Shown here in pieces: positions 19,301-28,598 of a stretch of 64,000 nt of DNA; the stretch's first letter is position 1; each line of letters begins with the position of its first letter. The position numbers and the translations under genes were made by a program. Under the pieces are notes generated by a model, which was not told the DNA's origin, ran no database searches, and saw only the letters and a program-made list of their open reading frames with translations. Source of the DNA: Candidatus Obscuribacterales bacterium (GTDB lineage: Bacteria > Cyanobacteriota > Vampirovibrionia > Obscuribacterales > Obscuribacteraceae); contig CBDDIJ010000003.1 of the NCBI GenBank assembly GCA_965228855.1, forward strand, positions 2,880,001 to 2,944,000, read 5' to 3'.

Positions 19301-22300
19301 TTTCACGTAACGCAGTTGCCGTCGAGAGAAACGCGCAGACGTTGGCGACCACCGGAAAGACTCTGGGTGACGACGCATTGCGACTTGGCGCAGATCCAGC
19401 GAAAGTCGCCGCCAAGGCTGATCTTGACGAGATCGCGCGCCTTAGCCAAAATCTCGGCAAGGGCGGAGACGATATCATCGCCGTCAATAAAATCAATGAG
19501 CGCATTGCTAACATCTCGAAAAACGTCAGCTCGGAAGTTGCTGATGACATCTCGCGTACACTCAAGCCTTCGATTCAGAAAGTCGAAGCCACCGCTATCG
19601 AAAACGGCACGCTCAAGTCAGCTAATAGACTCGAACAATCAATTGCCAAAGTTGCCGAATCGGTCACCGGTCCTGAAGGGGCGGCAATCAGAAACAATCT
19701 GGAAACGATTCAACGCGCTACTCGCGGTCTGGTCAACGGCACCGATAACGCAGCCGTGCATAGCGAAGACATCGCTCGTGCCATTAAGAATCTCGAAAGC
19801 GTCGGAGCAAAGACCGGTGCAGCAGATGATATTGCCAGAGTTGCTCAAGAGACTCGCGAACTTCAACAAACAGTCAGCGCCTCGCGCCGCCTGACCTCTC
19901 TGGAAAACACCACAAAAACCCTGGCCGGCGAAGGTCGCAACATCGGCGACGAAGCAGCAAGACTCAGCACCGTCCCTGGTGCCAAAGCTGTCAAAGGCGA
20001 CCTCGACGAAATCTCGAGACTATCCAATAACCTCGGAAAAACCGGCGACGACCTCGAAACAGTTAGAAAGATCAATGACCGTATCGCGAACATCGGCAGA
20101 ACCGGCGGCGCCGATATTGCGGATGATGTTGCTCGCAATTTGACGCCCAAAGTTCAAAGAGCAGAAGCGACAGCCGTTGAAGCGTCGCGCATGAAGTCAG
20201 CTCACACTCTGACCACCGCTGTTGAAACCGAAGCTAAAGCGGTCAGCGAAGTCACAAAAGACATAATTAAAGGACTCGACACGAAAACGACTAACGGTCG
20301 CGTTCTTCAACAACAACTACAAGCGATTCAGCGCACAGCAGACGAACTTCCGACCGCCGTCAATCCGGCAACAGAAGCTACTCGCCTGCGCACCATGGTA
20401 CAAGCGGTCGAGAAATCGGTCCCAGCTACCGAACGCGCGGCGCTGAAAGCGACCGTCAACAATCTCGATAACGCCGCAACCGAACTCACCGCAGTTCGAA
20501 CAATGGGTCAACAATCCCGAGTAATAGAGGAAGCAGCTACCACGCTTCGTGGCACCGTATCGAAATTCCAGGATGATGTCACCCGCGGTGCAGCGGTTGT
20601 TAAGCCTGGAACGGAAGAATCAGTAAGACGCGCAATCCAAACTGTCGAAACGAACAGCGCCTCAGTCACTTCAAAACTGGGCACTACTCAGAGAATCGAC
20701 AGCGAAGTTAGAGCATTACGCAATGCTGCAACTCAACTGGAAGAAGCCGGTCAGGTTCAACTTGCTCGCCAGGTCTCTACCGAAGTCAAAGCGCTCGAAA
20801 AGGCTGAGACCATTCGCGGACTCGAGATCACTTCGCAGCAAGGACCGATCCTCTCTAACATCGCTTACAATCAAACACTCGCGACTCGCACAATCGAACA
20901 GGTGGAGCGCGATCTCACCTCTTTGAAGGCATTCGGCAACATCAGAGGCGTCGGCAGACTCGACACCATCTCAGAATTGCATGAAAACCTTCAGATGCTG
21001 CGCTTCCTCGCGAAGAATGATGCGCGCTTGATGACCTATGTCGACGACGCCCAGCAAGCTCTGGCAAAAATCGAGATGTCCGCACTCAGCAAAGGCAGTC
21101 GTGCCCTCGACGCTAACACCAGCAAGCTTCTCGCCATGGCCGAAGCAGGCGATGTTCAAGCTCTCAACAAACTGTTTATCAGAGGTCTTCAGAGCGATAC
21201 ATGGAACATGCGTTCACTGGCGGCAAGCGCTTATTCAGAACCGGGTGCATTGCTCGGACGCATCGGCACTGCCGGTCTCAACAACATCACCGCCGCAGGT
21301 CGCGTAATGCTGCGACCGGAAGCATATGGAATTCTGGCTCGCTCGACCGGCAACGCCGCGATGGTCGCCGGCGGTGCCACCATGCTCTACGGCAACTTCA
21401 AGTATCACAGCCAACTGCTTTTGAACGCAATCGAGCGTCAAATGCAAGCAGCACCGTCCATAAGCGCAAGCACGACTCTTGAAAAAACACAGAGCGGCGA
21501 CGCCGACAGGTCAGTGGAGGCTTCTGTCTCTAATCCGGAATTGAGAGAAAGTCGCGATAACAGCCAAAATCCTGTCGATACAAACAACGATACGGACCGT
21601 CGCGCAGACCTCGACTTCGCTCCGAGCGTAGGTGCAATTTCAAGACGCATCAACTTCAGCAGCAACGGCACCGGCATCGCCGCTCGATTCAGCTTCTCGC
21701 CGGATGACCTGGACGCAGAACAAAAAATCGAATCGATTATTGAAACCGGTAAGATCCGCCGCTGGGCACAACTTGGCGTCACAGCTGTAGCGCAAGAAGC
21801 ACCGGTAACACAAAATATTCCAGTGGCAAGGTCAATCAGAATCAAAGGAGCTGACGGAGTTTCATCAGACCCGAATTCTCACCAGAAGACAGCCGTAACA
21901 AACTTCAGCTTCACACGCGCCATGGCGCTCACAAATCAATTAAAACTCATGACAGGCAACGGCGATAATCGCGGTGGTTCGAGCAGAGGCACTGGCACCG
22001 TATTCGGTGGCGGACCCAATCCATCGGCACCTTCTCTATCGCAAAACTTAAGAACAATGGTAGCGTACAACTCGCTCCGCACAGATGGTAATACTGCGTC
22101 GACCACACACCGCGAGAGCACCGAGGACAGTGGCATCGACCAATCAAGCTCTGGCGGCGGCAACACCGCGCCGCAAGGTCCTACAGTGGTTGCAATGCAG
22201 AGCAATCCGCCGGCAATGGTCACGGCATCAGCACCAACTTCCGTCTCGGCTAGTTCATCAGACCCGGACAATGGAGTTGATGATGCCACCGAACAGCAAG

Positions 22301-22308
22301 CAGTTTAA
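16336..22308 (+). CDS. Giant (1990 aa) Ala/Thr-rich repeat protein of unknown function
   Basis: Uninterrupted 6-kb ORF with no signal peptide, one hydrophobic Gly-rich segment near aa 210-230, a Pro-rich tandem repeat and long helical repeats. Confidence 0.85.
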   Translation: MSSRTSDLLKDSKPEHHDSGSDANAQPLSLTSVSDKPKSSPAPAKTDVAAATPAAEKPAAPTLSTASLFTASLAKPTAAAPMSKLASLVSTNNEAQTRFEEKKSANVFERFGMGAVENLKGQAQGLSEMAFGKRDTMDELNSTLTGKKTGNEHALINVTKTTLTVGGVVKDLAADTVGLGDGKTSAALSRAITKAKDDFSKGSLGDKAEMAGSAFAFLGTLAIGGGGTAKGTAGLATDVRAMRTLIQTEKQTAALTEAVSGMRALRATEKVVAAVDRMAVAGGDDLTRVAATTAKTTTVAQPGTFTRAFSWMREEARSLANTFVMPGMEPALAGGAPMRLSSRTIPTLERAPGTILRAPVEDAALAGKKLGATPLSRIGGTADNLVPGVTRTEVKLPGLVADAKGTVPRHVEVPTLRPHADVPTVRPVGEAPSVSITHVEVPPAKVTGAVEVPPVKAHGVEVKAPHRVETPAEIPSAKLPKTGENVVDDVATRKPATTDAKVAPKTGETVVPPAGETKIVPPAGETKIVPPAGETRIVPPAGETKIVPPAGETKIVPPAGETKIVPPAGETKIVPPAGETKIVAPTEVSAPRVPGASHVDDVKPPVSRLEDASAAPKAPASVIDDVKTAPKTPATIVDDATAAPKTPGARTNAVEPLNPAERPAVKPSEVRPTEVKPAEVRAVETPAVEIRPLEVPPSAVAPKLEAGVAKSVENVDQRIARITENLAGPEAAAVRENLTVLQTNTRQLVNSADDAAKVNANIDQALRNLEVAVGKNPVADDVAKLARETRELQTTVSTSRNLAVVEKNSQVLVQTGDDIAREITAIGPKAGPAAADDVKEIARLGQNLGKGADDLVIVKQINERVSNIARTGGQDVADDIARALKPSLQKAEGAALESATAKAATKLEQRVTALTEKMAGPESALARQDVATIQRNVQKLLSGTDEAAATRNIERALTDLRNSGGNSKYADDITKLTQETREVQQAVSVSRNAVAVERNAQTLATTGKTLGDDALRLGADPAKVAAKADLDEIARLSQNLGKGGDDIIAVNKINERIANISKNVSSEVADDISRTLKPSIQKVEATAIENGTLKSANRLEQSIAKVAESVTGPEGAAIRNNLETIQRATRGLVNGTDNAAVHSEDIARAIKNLESVGAKTGAADDIARVAQETRELQQTVSASRRLTSLENTTKTLAGEGRNIGDEAARLSTVPGAKAVKGDLDEISRLSNNLGKTGDDLETVRKINDRIANIGRTGGADIADDVARNLTPKVQRAEATAVEASRMKSAHTLTTAVETEAKAVSEVTKDIIKGLDTKTTNGRVLQQQLQAIQRTADELPTAVNPATEATRLRTMVQAVEKSVPATERAALKATVNNLDNAATELTAVRTMGQQSRVIEEAATTLRGTVSKFQDDVTRGAAVVKPGTEESVRRAIQTVETNSASVTSKLGTTQRIDSEVRALRNAATQLEEAGQVQLARQVSTEVKALEKAETIRGLEITSQQGPILSNIAYNQTLATRTIEQVERDLTSLKAFGNIRGVGRLDTISELHENLQMLRFLAKNDARLMTYVDDAQQALAKIEMSALSKGSRALDANTSKLLAMAEAGDVQALNKLFIRGLQSDTWNMRSLAASAYSEPGALLGRIGTAGLNNITAAGRVMLRPEAYGILARSTGNAAMVAGGATMLYGNFKYHSQLLLNAIERQMQAAPSISASTTLEKTQSGDADRSVEASVSNPELRESRDNSQNPVDTNNDTDRRADLDFAPSVGAISRRINFSSNGTGIAARFSFSPDDLDAEQKIESIIETGKIRRWAQLGVTAVAQEAPVTQNIPVARSIRIKGADGVSSDPNSHQKTAVTNFSFTRAMALTNQLKLMTGNGDNRGGSSRGTGTVFGGGPNPSAPSLSQNLRTMVAYNSLRTDGNTASTTHRESTEDSGIDQSSSGGGNTAPQGPTVVAMQSNPPAMVTASAPTSVSASSSDPDNGVDDATEQQAV
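17863..18078 (+). repeat. Coding VNTR, 8 x 27 bp, encoding (I/V)VPPAGET(K/R)
   Basis: Eight consecutive in-frame units with mostly synonymous differences. Confidence 0.95.
18466..20196 (+). repeat. Three diverged ~192-aa helical repeats within the giant protein
   Basis: GPE anchor codons at 18517, 19093 and 19669 give a period of exactly 576 nt. ETRE(L/V)Q, EI.RL..NLGK..DD and IN(E/D)R..NI recur in each unit. Confidence 0.9.
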
Positions 22309-22342
22309 CGCTGGCTGATACAGTTTTGAGCAGGCGTTACTT

Positions 22343-23608
22343 CTAAGCGCCGGCCTTCTTCATGATGAGAACAGTGTTGTGACCGCCGAACCCGAGCGCC
22401 TCAACCATCGCATGTTTCAACTTCATGGGACGGCTGGCATTCGGCACATAGTCCAGATCGCACTTGGGATCGGGGTTGATGTAGTTGATCGTCGGGTGAA
22501 CGATTTGCTCCTGCAACGAAAGTGCCGTAGCAGCTGCACCGATTGCTCCTGCACCGCCGAGCAAGTGACCGACCATGGACTTCGTGCTGGACATAGCCAT
22601 CTTGTAGGCATGTTCACCGAAAACGTTCTTCAAAGCGAGCGTCTCACGCTCATCATTTAACGGCGTAGAGGTGCCATGGACGTTGACATAATCTATGTCG
22701 GTAGGTTGCAATTCGGCGTCGCGAAGAGCTTCTCTCATAGCTCTAGAAGCACCGTCGCCGGTTTCATGTGGAGCGACTATGTGGCTCGCGTCGCAACTGG
22801 CTCCGCCACCGACGATCTCAGCGTAGATATGCGCGCCTCTTCGCAGAGCGTGCTCCATTTCCTCAACGATCATGATGACGGCGCCCTCGCCCAGGACGAA
22901 ACCGTCGCGGTCGATGTTGAATGGACGGCTCGCTGTTTGCGGGTCGCTGTTTCGCTTCGACAATGCCATCATGTTATTGAAAGACGCAACCGTGAAGCTG
23001 TTTATACACGCTTCGCAACCACCGGAAATCATTACATCGGCGCGATTGTCTCTTATGTACATAAAGGAGTCGAACAGCGAATCCAAGCCACTCGCACAAG
23101 CGGTTGAATCACTCTTAGCGCGACCGCGGGCACCATATTCGATGGCAACCTGTCCGGATGGCGCGTTCGGCATTAAACGAATTACGGTGCGCAGTCCCAG
23201 TTTCTTCGGTCCCTGCTCCATCAATCGAATATAGTCGGCAGTGGTTGTGATCAAACCGCCCACGCCGGTTCCAATGAAAGTTCCTACACGCTCAGAGTTG
23301 GTTTGCCGAATATCGAGCTTCGCGTCTTCCATGGCGAGCTTGGAAGCAGCCATCGCGAAAAGCGTGACTCGATCCATTTCCTTGAGCATGGACCCCCATT
23401 TTCGGCGGTCCGGATAAAAGTCAGCGATGTTGAAGTCTTTCACTTCAGCAGCAATCTTGACATCAAGCCCGATGTCGTCCGGATTGAACTGCGAAATATA
23501 ATTGACGCCGCTTCTTCCTTCGAGAAGCGCCTTCCAGCAGTCTTCTCGTCCGATGCCGACGGGCGTGACCATGCCGATGCCCGTGATAACAACTCTTCTT
23601 ACGTTCAT
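22343..23608 (-). CDS. fabF: Beta-ketoacyl-ACP synthase II
   Basis: RRVVITGIG, catalytic TACASG, HGTST, KSMVGHLLG and GFGGHN motifs. Start set to MNVRRVV. Confidence 0.95.
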   Translation of the reverse strand: MNVRRVVITGIGMVTPVGIGREDCWKALLEGRSGVNYISQFNPDDIGLDVKIAAEVKDFNIADFYPDRRKWGSMLKEMDRVTLFAMAASKLAMEDAKLDIRQTNSERVGTFIGTGVGGLITTTADYIRLMEQGPKKLGLRTVIRLMPNAPSGQVAIEYGARGRAKSDSTACASGLDSLFDSFMYIRDNRADVMISGGCEACINSFTVASFNNMMALSKRNSDPQTASRPFNIDRDGFVLGEGAVIMIVEEMEHALRRGAHIYAEIVGGGASCDASHIVAPHETGDGASRAMREALRDAELQPTDIDYVNVHGTSTPLNDERETLALKNVFGEHAYKMAMSSTKSMVGHLLGGAGAIGAAATALSLQEQIVHPTINYINPDPKCDLDYVPNASRPMKLKHAMVEALGFGGHNTVLIMKKAGA

Positions 23609-23864
23609 TGAACGAATTAATCCTAAAGCGGTGCGCGGTAAATCAGTACTTCGACTGGGGTACGCATCCGATTTCGCTGCGTCGTTGCCAGAAGACTCTT
23701 GCATTCTACCGTGCTTTCACAGGCATAAGTGAGCTTCTGTCACAATAGGTGATATTTTTTTATTTTCCACAAGCCAATAATCAACGGCTTTTCCATATAC
23801 GAGAAACTGTCAAGCCATATCCACACGCAGTTTAAACGCCAGCATTCTAGACAATCTTCGCGTA

Positions 23865-24551
23865 TTAGGCGGAGCTTGCAACAGTGTCCGGCACGAGAGA
23901 ACCGCCACTTACGGTGCCAAATTGGGCCTCGTCTTGATAATCGAAATCGAGACAATCGAATTCATCATCCACGATAAGAACGCTCTTGTCTGCCGGACCA
24001 TCGTTTGGAATCGAAAAGTCTTCTGAGTGTTCGCCTTCAAAGCCGTTCATTAGAGGGTTCGACAACAGCAGTTTTGGACGCTCGAGCCGACCGGTGATTG
24101 AGTTCGGCAATTGAACCGGCGAACGGTTCATCTGCTCTTCGCGCACGTTGCGCTTGAAAGCAAGATCGAGCTGCTTGCCGATTGATTTGTAATTTGGTTC
24201 GAATTTCTCGACGTGATTCCAAAAGGTTTTACTGTGACTGGCTTCCAGGACGTGCGCCAGTTCGTGAATCACGAGATATCGACGACCACGTTCAGGGACG
24301 TTTTCAATCGCGTATCGCGAGAATGTGATCACCCTCGTTTTAAGGTTAATCTGGGCCAGGCGCGAGTATTTCGCTGAGCCTATGCGAATTCCGCCGAGCG
24401 TCACATTGAATGTGGCTTCGTTGAGACGCCGAACGTAACCTGTCATGAACGACTGATACATTTCGAGCGTTGAGTTGTCGAGCCCCGTAGAACCTTTACC
24501 GGTGGCACTGTGGCGGCTAACTGAGTATTTACTTGTATAGTTGTTTGCCAT
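23865..24551 (-). CDS. YgjP/DUF45-like zinc metallopeptidase-family protein with an acidic tail
   Basis: YLVIHELAHVLEASHSKTFWNHVEKFEPNY signature. Start set to MANNY. Confidence 0.8.
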   Translation of the reverse strand: MANNYTSKYSVSRHSATGKGSTGLDNSTLEMYQSFMTGYVRRLNEATFNVTLGGIRIGSAKYSRLAQINLKTRVITFSRYAIENVPERGRRYLVIHELAHVLEASHSKTFWNHVEKFEPNYKSIGKQLDLAFKRNVREEQMNRSPVQLPNSITGRLERPKLLLSNPLMNGFEGEHSEDFSIPNDGPADKSVLIVDDEFDCLDFDYQDEAQFGTVSGGSLVPDTVASSA

Positions 24552-24636
24552 GTGAAAATTAAAAAATGCTTTTAGATTTGACCGATTGCATAAAGATTCT
24601 ATATAGAAACTAGGTCCAGGTGAAGGATACTGAGAA

Positions 24637-25269
24637 TTGTCTAACGAAGCCGTTTCAGCTAGCCCTGAGTCCACGCTCGAAAACCTCACAGTCATCACAG
24701 GCGGTGCGCGTTCCGGCAAGTCTCTGTTCGCGGAACAACTGGCTCGAAACTCAGGTGAGCCTGTCAGTTACCTTGCGACGATGCCAAGGATTCCCGACGA
24801 CGCGGAGCTGGAATTCAAAGTCGAGATGCACAGGGTCAGGCGCCCCTCCAGCTGGAGCACGATCGAGGCGGAGCTTTCCATACACAAGGCGCTGGAAACG
24901 CTCCCTGCGGGTCCTGGAGTCTGCGTCATAGACTGCTTATCCCTATATGTGTCCAACATGATGCTGGACTCTCTTAAAGATGCCGATGTGTCGGTTTCAC
25001 CAGAGTTACTGCGCACGCTGGATCAACGGGTCAGCGAAGCCATCAGGATGCTGGCGGAAACGGTCCAGTCCCGACCGGACTGGAATTTCATCGTGGTCAC
25101 CAACGAAGTGGGCTGGTCCGTTGTTCCTGATAATAAGATGGCCAGGATCTACAAGGATTTGCTTGGCTTTGCCAATCAGACTCTAGCTACGAAAGCCTTT
25201 ACCGTTTATCTAGCTTGTGTGGGACTGCGCATTAAGTTGAAAGAAAACGGTGTCGGCAAGCTAGAATGA
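24637..25269 (+). CDS. cobU: Adenosylcobinamide kinase/adenosylcobinamide-phosphate guanylyltransferase
   Basis: ITGGARSGKSLFAE, YLAT, H..RRP..W.TIE, DCL and VTNEVG motifs. Confidence 0.95.
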   Translation: MSNEAVSASPESTLENLTVITGGARSGKSLFAEQLARNSGEPVSYLATMPRIPDDAELEFKVEMHRVRRPSSWSTIEAELSIHKALETLPAGPGVCVIDCLSLYVSNMMLDSLKDADVSVSPELLRTLDQRVSEAIRMLAETVQSRPDWNFIVVTNEVGWSVVPDNKMARIYKDLLGFANQTLATKAFTVYLACVGLRIKLKENGVGKLE

Positions 25270-25301
25270 GTTTATAGCTAAGCGCATAAGTTTTTACCTG
25301 A

Positions 25302-26297
25302 ATGCTCGAACCGAAATCACTGCACGACGACACACGCAACTCGCCGATGCACGACACTACAGAAGCGAAGAAACGGCTCGGTCCATCGGTTTGGATAAAA
25401 ATTCTGCGTCCAAGACAGTGGACGAAAAACCTTATCGCCTTTGCGCCACTACTATTCGCCGGTCGACTCGGCGATGTCGAGGCGGTAACAGCCACCACCT
25501 TTTGCACATTGTGCTTGTGCCTGGTGTCCGGCTCCATGTACATCGTCAATGACATTAAGGACCGCGAGAAAGATGCGCATCATCCGGATAAAAAATTCAG
25601 ACCGATCGCATCCGGTCTCGTACCGACCAGGTCAGCTTTAATAGTCGCGATTGCAGCGCTTGCCATCGGGTTAGTCGGCGGATTTCTGGTGCGACCGGTA
25701 GTCGGCTTCGGCTTGATGCTCTATGTGCTTCTTCAACTCGCTTACAACTACAAGCTGAAAAGTCATGCCATAATCGACGTGTTCAGCATAGCCTCGGGCT
25801 TCGTGTTGCGTGCCGCCGCCGGCGGTGCAGCCGCACATGTCGCACTTTCAGGCTGGTTCCTAATCTGTACGTCGCTCGGAGCCTTGTTTCTCGGTTTTGA
25901 GAAACGACGTCAAGAATTGCTCGTCCTGGGAGAGGATGCGAACGCTCACCGAAAATCTTTCGAGAAGTACTCATTGCCGCTAATTGATCGAATGGAATCG
26001 GTAGTGGTACCGTCTCTGGTGACGTCTTACTGTATTTACTGCTTCTTTTCACCAAGCGGTCAGTGGATGCTTTTAACTGCACCATTCGTGCTCTTCGGCG
26101 TTTTGCGCTATCAATTATTATCTACAAAGTATTCGTCAACCGGAGCACCCGAAGAAGTTCTTCTCAAAGACCGCTCTATTCAACTCTGCATTCTGAGCTG
26201 GCTCGTCATTTCGATCGGCGTCGTCCACGGCTGGATCCCAGACGCGATCACACATCTGGTCAGTGCCGTCGATTCGCTGGGCGTTCATCCTCGTTGA
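25302..26297 (+). CDS. UbiA-superfamily decaprenyl-phosphate phosphoribosyltransferase-like protein
   Basis: LRPRQWTKNL, NDIKDREKD.HHPDKKFRPIASG, GFVLRA and KRRQEL motifs. Confidence 0.9.
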   Translation: MLEPKSLHDDTRNSPMHDTTEAKKRLGPSVWIKILRPRQWTKNLIAFAPLLFAGRLGDVEAVTATTFCTLCLCLVSGSMYIVNDIKDREKDAHHPDKKFRPIASGLVPTRSALIVAIAALAIGLVGGFLVRPVVGFGLMLYVLLQLAYNYKLKSHAIIDVFSIASGFVLRAAAGGAAAHVALSGWFLICTSLGALFLGFEKRRQELLVLGEDANAHRKSFEKYSLPLIDRMESVVVPSLVTSYCIYCFFSPSGQWMLLTAPFVLFGVLRYQLLSTKYSSTGAPEEVLLKDRSIQLCILSWLVISIGVVHGWIPDAITHLVSAVDSLGVHPR

Positions 26298-26362
26298 TTG
26301 GAACGCTTGCTGGTACCGGATCTGCTGTGAAGAAAACTTGCAGGCGGAGTGTCCGAATAGAA

Positions 26363-26782
26363 CTATGGCTCTGCAGTCTTCGGAGTACAGCGCAGCTCTC
26401 TGTCACCACTGGTAGGGTCTACAACTCGTTCGAATTTCCATTCAGAACTAATATCGAGAATCACAAGTTCGACCGTAGTGTTCACAATAGAGCCGCGCCC
26501 CAGGTGTCCGGCGAGGACCTTTCCATCGCTGTCGGCGACAGAAACGTGAATGTGGGGGCCATCACTACATACGGTGCCTGTAACCGAAACGATTTCGAAT
26601 GGTCCTCGTAAAACCGTAGCTTCGGGCTTCATGGCAAAACGGATGGAGGCAACTTTGAGCGAGCCGACCATCGATAGCACCACGCCCGCATCAATCTTTT
26701 CATCGCGAGCACAGTTCTCGATAAACTCTCGCAAATCTGTCCCGGGAGTCAGCCGATAAGCCTTGTAATGTCCGGATTTTAC
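26363..26782 (-). CDS. PPC/DUF296 domain protein; start codon non-canonical or uncertain
   Basis: RLTPGTDL, VGSL, FEIVSVTGT, HIHVSVAD..G.V..GHL and TTVELVI motifs. Family-like sequence extends upstream of the only standard start (TTG 26734) to a GTA at 26782. Confidence 0.8.
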   Translation of the reverse strand, partial: VKSGHYKAYRLTPGTDLREFIENCARDEKIDAGVVLSMVGSLKVASIRFAMKPEATVLRGPFEIVSVTGTVCSDGPHIHVSVADSDGKVLAGHLGRGSIVNTTVELVILDISSEWKFERVVDPTSGDRELRCTPKTAEP

Positions 26783-28266
26783 AACGGGCGTTTTGGTTTG
26801 ACAGTCGAGACTCCCGCTGTCGCTGGAGACTTTTTTGCGGGCGCACCATTAGCTCCGGTGACTGAAGACGGCTTCACTGCGGTTCCACTTTTGCTTCCGC
26901 CTGCAGACGCGAATCGTTTGGAACCTGTGCGTTTAACACCACCAGCGGTACGTGAGGAATTCTTCAAGGAATTGGAAAGTTCTTTAGCGGAAACATTCGC
27001 ACTTATAACGAAACGCTTCCAAACCGGACAGGACAATACTTCTTCGAGCATGGTGTTGCGAATATTCAAACCTTTTGTGCCCTGCTCAGACGCTATGCGC
27101 GTGGCAAGCAGTAGCTTTTCTGATTCGTTTGCGTCGGTGTACAGGATGCGAAACTTTGCCCAACTGAGCGGAAAATCGTTCATAGCCGCCTTGTCACGCT
27201 CTGACGGGGCATTTTGAAATTTGTCGCGAACAATCATTTCGTATAGTTCGCGATTATCGTCGGCATCAACGGTTTTACCCTCATGGTTGTGTTCGTAGAG
27301 AAAAACAGCCATATCTGTATACGCGTTGATTGCGTCCTCGGTGAGAGGCGGAGGTCCAGGTTCAGCAATACGTTTGGGTCCGAGCGCTTCGGCGAGCATC
27401 ATTCTTTCCTCGGGATTGATATCCTTGGAATCGACTCGCATACTTAGCAAAGCGCGAAACAGCACGCGGTAATTGGAGCGGTGATCGACATCCTCCATCA
27501 ACTTGGAGAGAGCCGGCCAGTATGAACCTATGTAGCTGAAACTGGCACCCTCAGGACCGTTCAGAAGCTTTTTCAAAATGACGCTAAACTCGTTGCGCTG
27601 CGTACTCGACAATTGAATAGAATAGTCGGGACCATTGGGCAGACGTCCATGAGCGTCGATCTGACCGACCAATCCGAGAATGTTAAGCCATGCGGAGATC
27701 AGCGGCCATTGCGGGTCTGTCTGAGCGATACCGCTTCCGGTGGCATCCGGATTGACGGAAACTTTCCCGCCGATGTTGTGTGCAGGATTATTTTCATCGT
27801 AATTGTTCTGCGCGCCGTACTCATCAGGCTCAGTCATCGTCCCACCCGAGGGCGAGACATCTCCGTCAGGAGAGGCCAAACTACCAGTGGTGGCATCAAG
27901 ATGTTCCGCTTCTTTCGGCGGAGATTTAGGCATTTTGAGGTGATCGGGAAGTTTTTTCGGAACCTGCGGCTTCGGAAAATCCCCAATATCGTTGATATCA
28001 TTCATGCGCTGTTGAGCTGGGTCTTCGGGCTCTGATTCAACTTCCTCCTCGGGCTGAAGCGCCGCGGGCGGCTTCAGAGAAGGAGTTTTTTTGGTTTTTT
28101 CGGTACGGTCGAAACCATATTTGTTGGTTTCGGCAAATTCGCCGTCATACCCCCAATCCGCAGCCGGCGCCTGTTGAACGACGAACTGCGCAGCTATCAG
28201 CAGGGTCAGGGCACGAAGCGCAATTGCGCGACCGGAGGACGTCCTTATCAAAAGCAGCTGACTCAT
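26779..28266 (-). CDS. Exported hypothetical protein
   Basis: Signal-peptide-like N-terminus ending APA-A, low-complexity Pro/acidic region, globular core and basic tail. ATG at 28266 follows GGAG. Confidence 0.75.
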   Translation of the reverse strand: MSQLLLIRTSSGRAIALRALTLLIAAQFVVQQAPAADWGYDGEFAETNKYGFDRTEKTKKTPSLKPPAALQPEEEVESEPEDPAQQRMNDINDIGDFPKPQVPKKLPDHLKMPKSPPKEAEHLDATTGSLASPDGDVSPSGGTMTEPDEYGAQNNYDENNPAHNIGGKVSVNPDATGSGIAQTDPQWPLISAWLNILGLVGQIDAHGRLPNGPDYSIQLSSTQRNEFSVILKKLLNGPEGASFSYIGSYWPALSKLMEDVDHRSNYRVLFRALLSMRVDSKDINPEERMMLAEALGPKRIAEPGPPPLTEDAINAYTDMAVFLYEHNHEGKTVDADDNRELYEMIVRDKFQNAPSERDKAAMNDFPLSWAKFRILYTDANESEKLLLATRIASEQGTKGLNIRNTMLEEVLSCPVWKRFVISANVSAKELSNSLKNSSRTAGGVKRTGSKRFASAGGSKSGTAVKPSSVTGANGAPAKKSPATAGVSTVKPKRPL

Positions 28267-28531
28267 TTTGAGCTCCACATGACAGTGCAGGTAAATGCTA
28301 CCTCGCATCGACGCCGGAGAGCGCGTGGGAGCGCCGAAATTGACACGAAGAATACTTAATATAGGAAACCAATCAGCACCGGAAAATGTTAAAAATGCAG
28401 TATATGCCGGGCTTTGGTAATTCGAACCAACTCGATGCGAACCGCGAAACGGTCAGTTAGCCTGGTCTGAGACCCAAGACATCTTGGCAAGGGTGTGGTA
28501 CTATCGGCGAAGAAGCCCGTGCGGCTGAGCT

Positions 28532-28560
28532 TTCACGGCCCACGACTTGACAATTATAAT
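28532..28560 (+). promoter_or_regulatory. Sigma70-type promoter for def
   Basis: TTCACG-N17-TATAAT upstream of the GGAGG RBS at 28582-28586. Confidence 0.5.
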
Positions 28561-28598
28561 CCTGCCAGCGAGCAGAGTTGCGGAGGCAACCCTTACCC

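Noticed and set aside
28547..28560. Perfect TTGACA next to perfect TATAAT
   Set aside because: They are only 2 bp apart and cannot act together. TTCACG at 28532 is the properly spaced -35.
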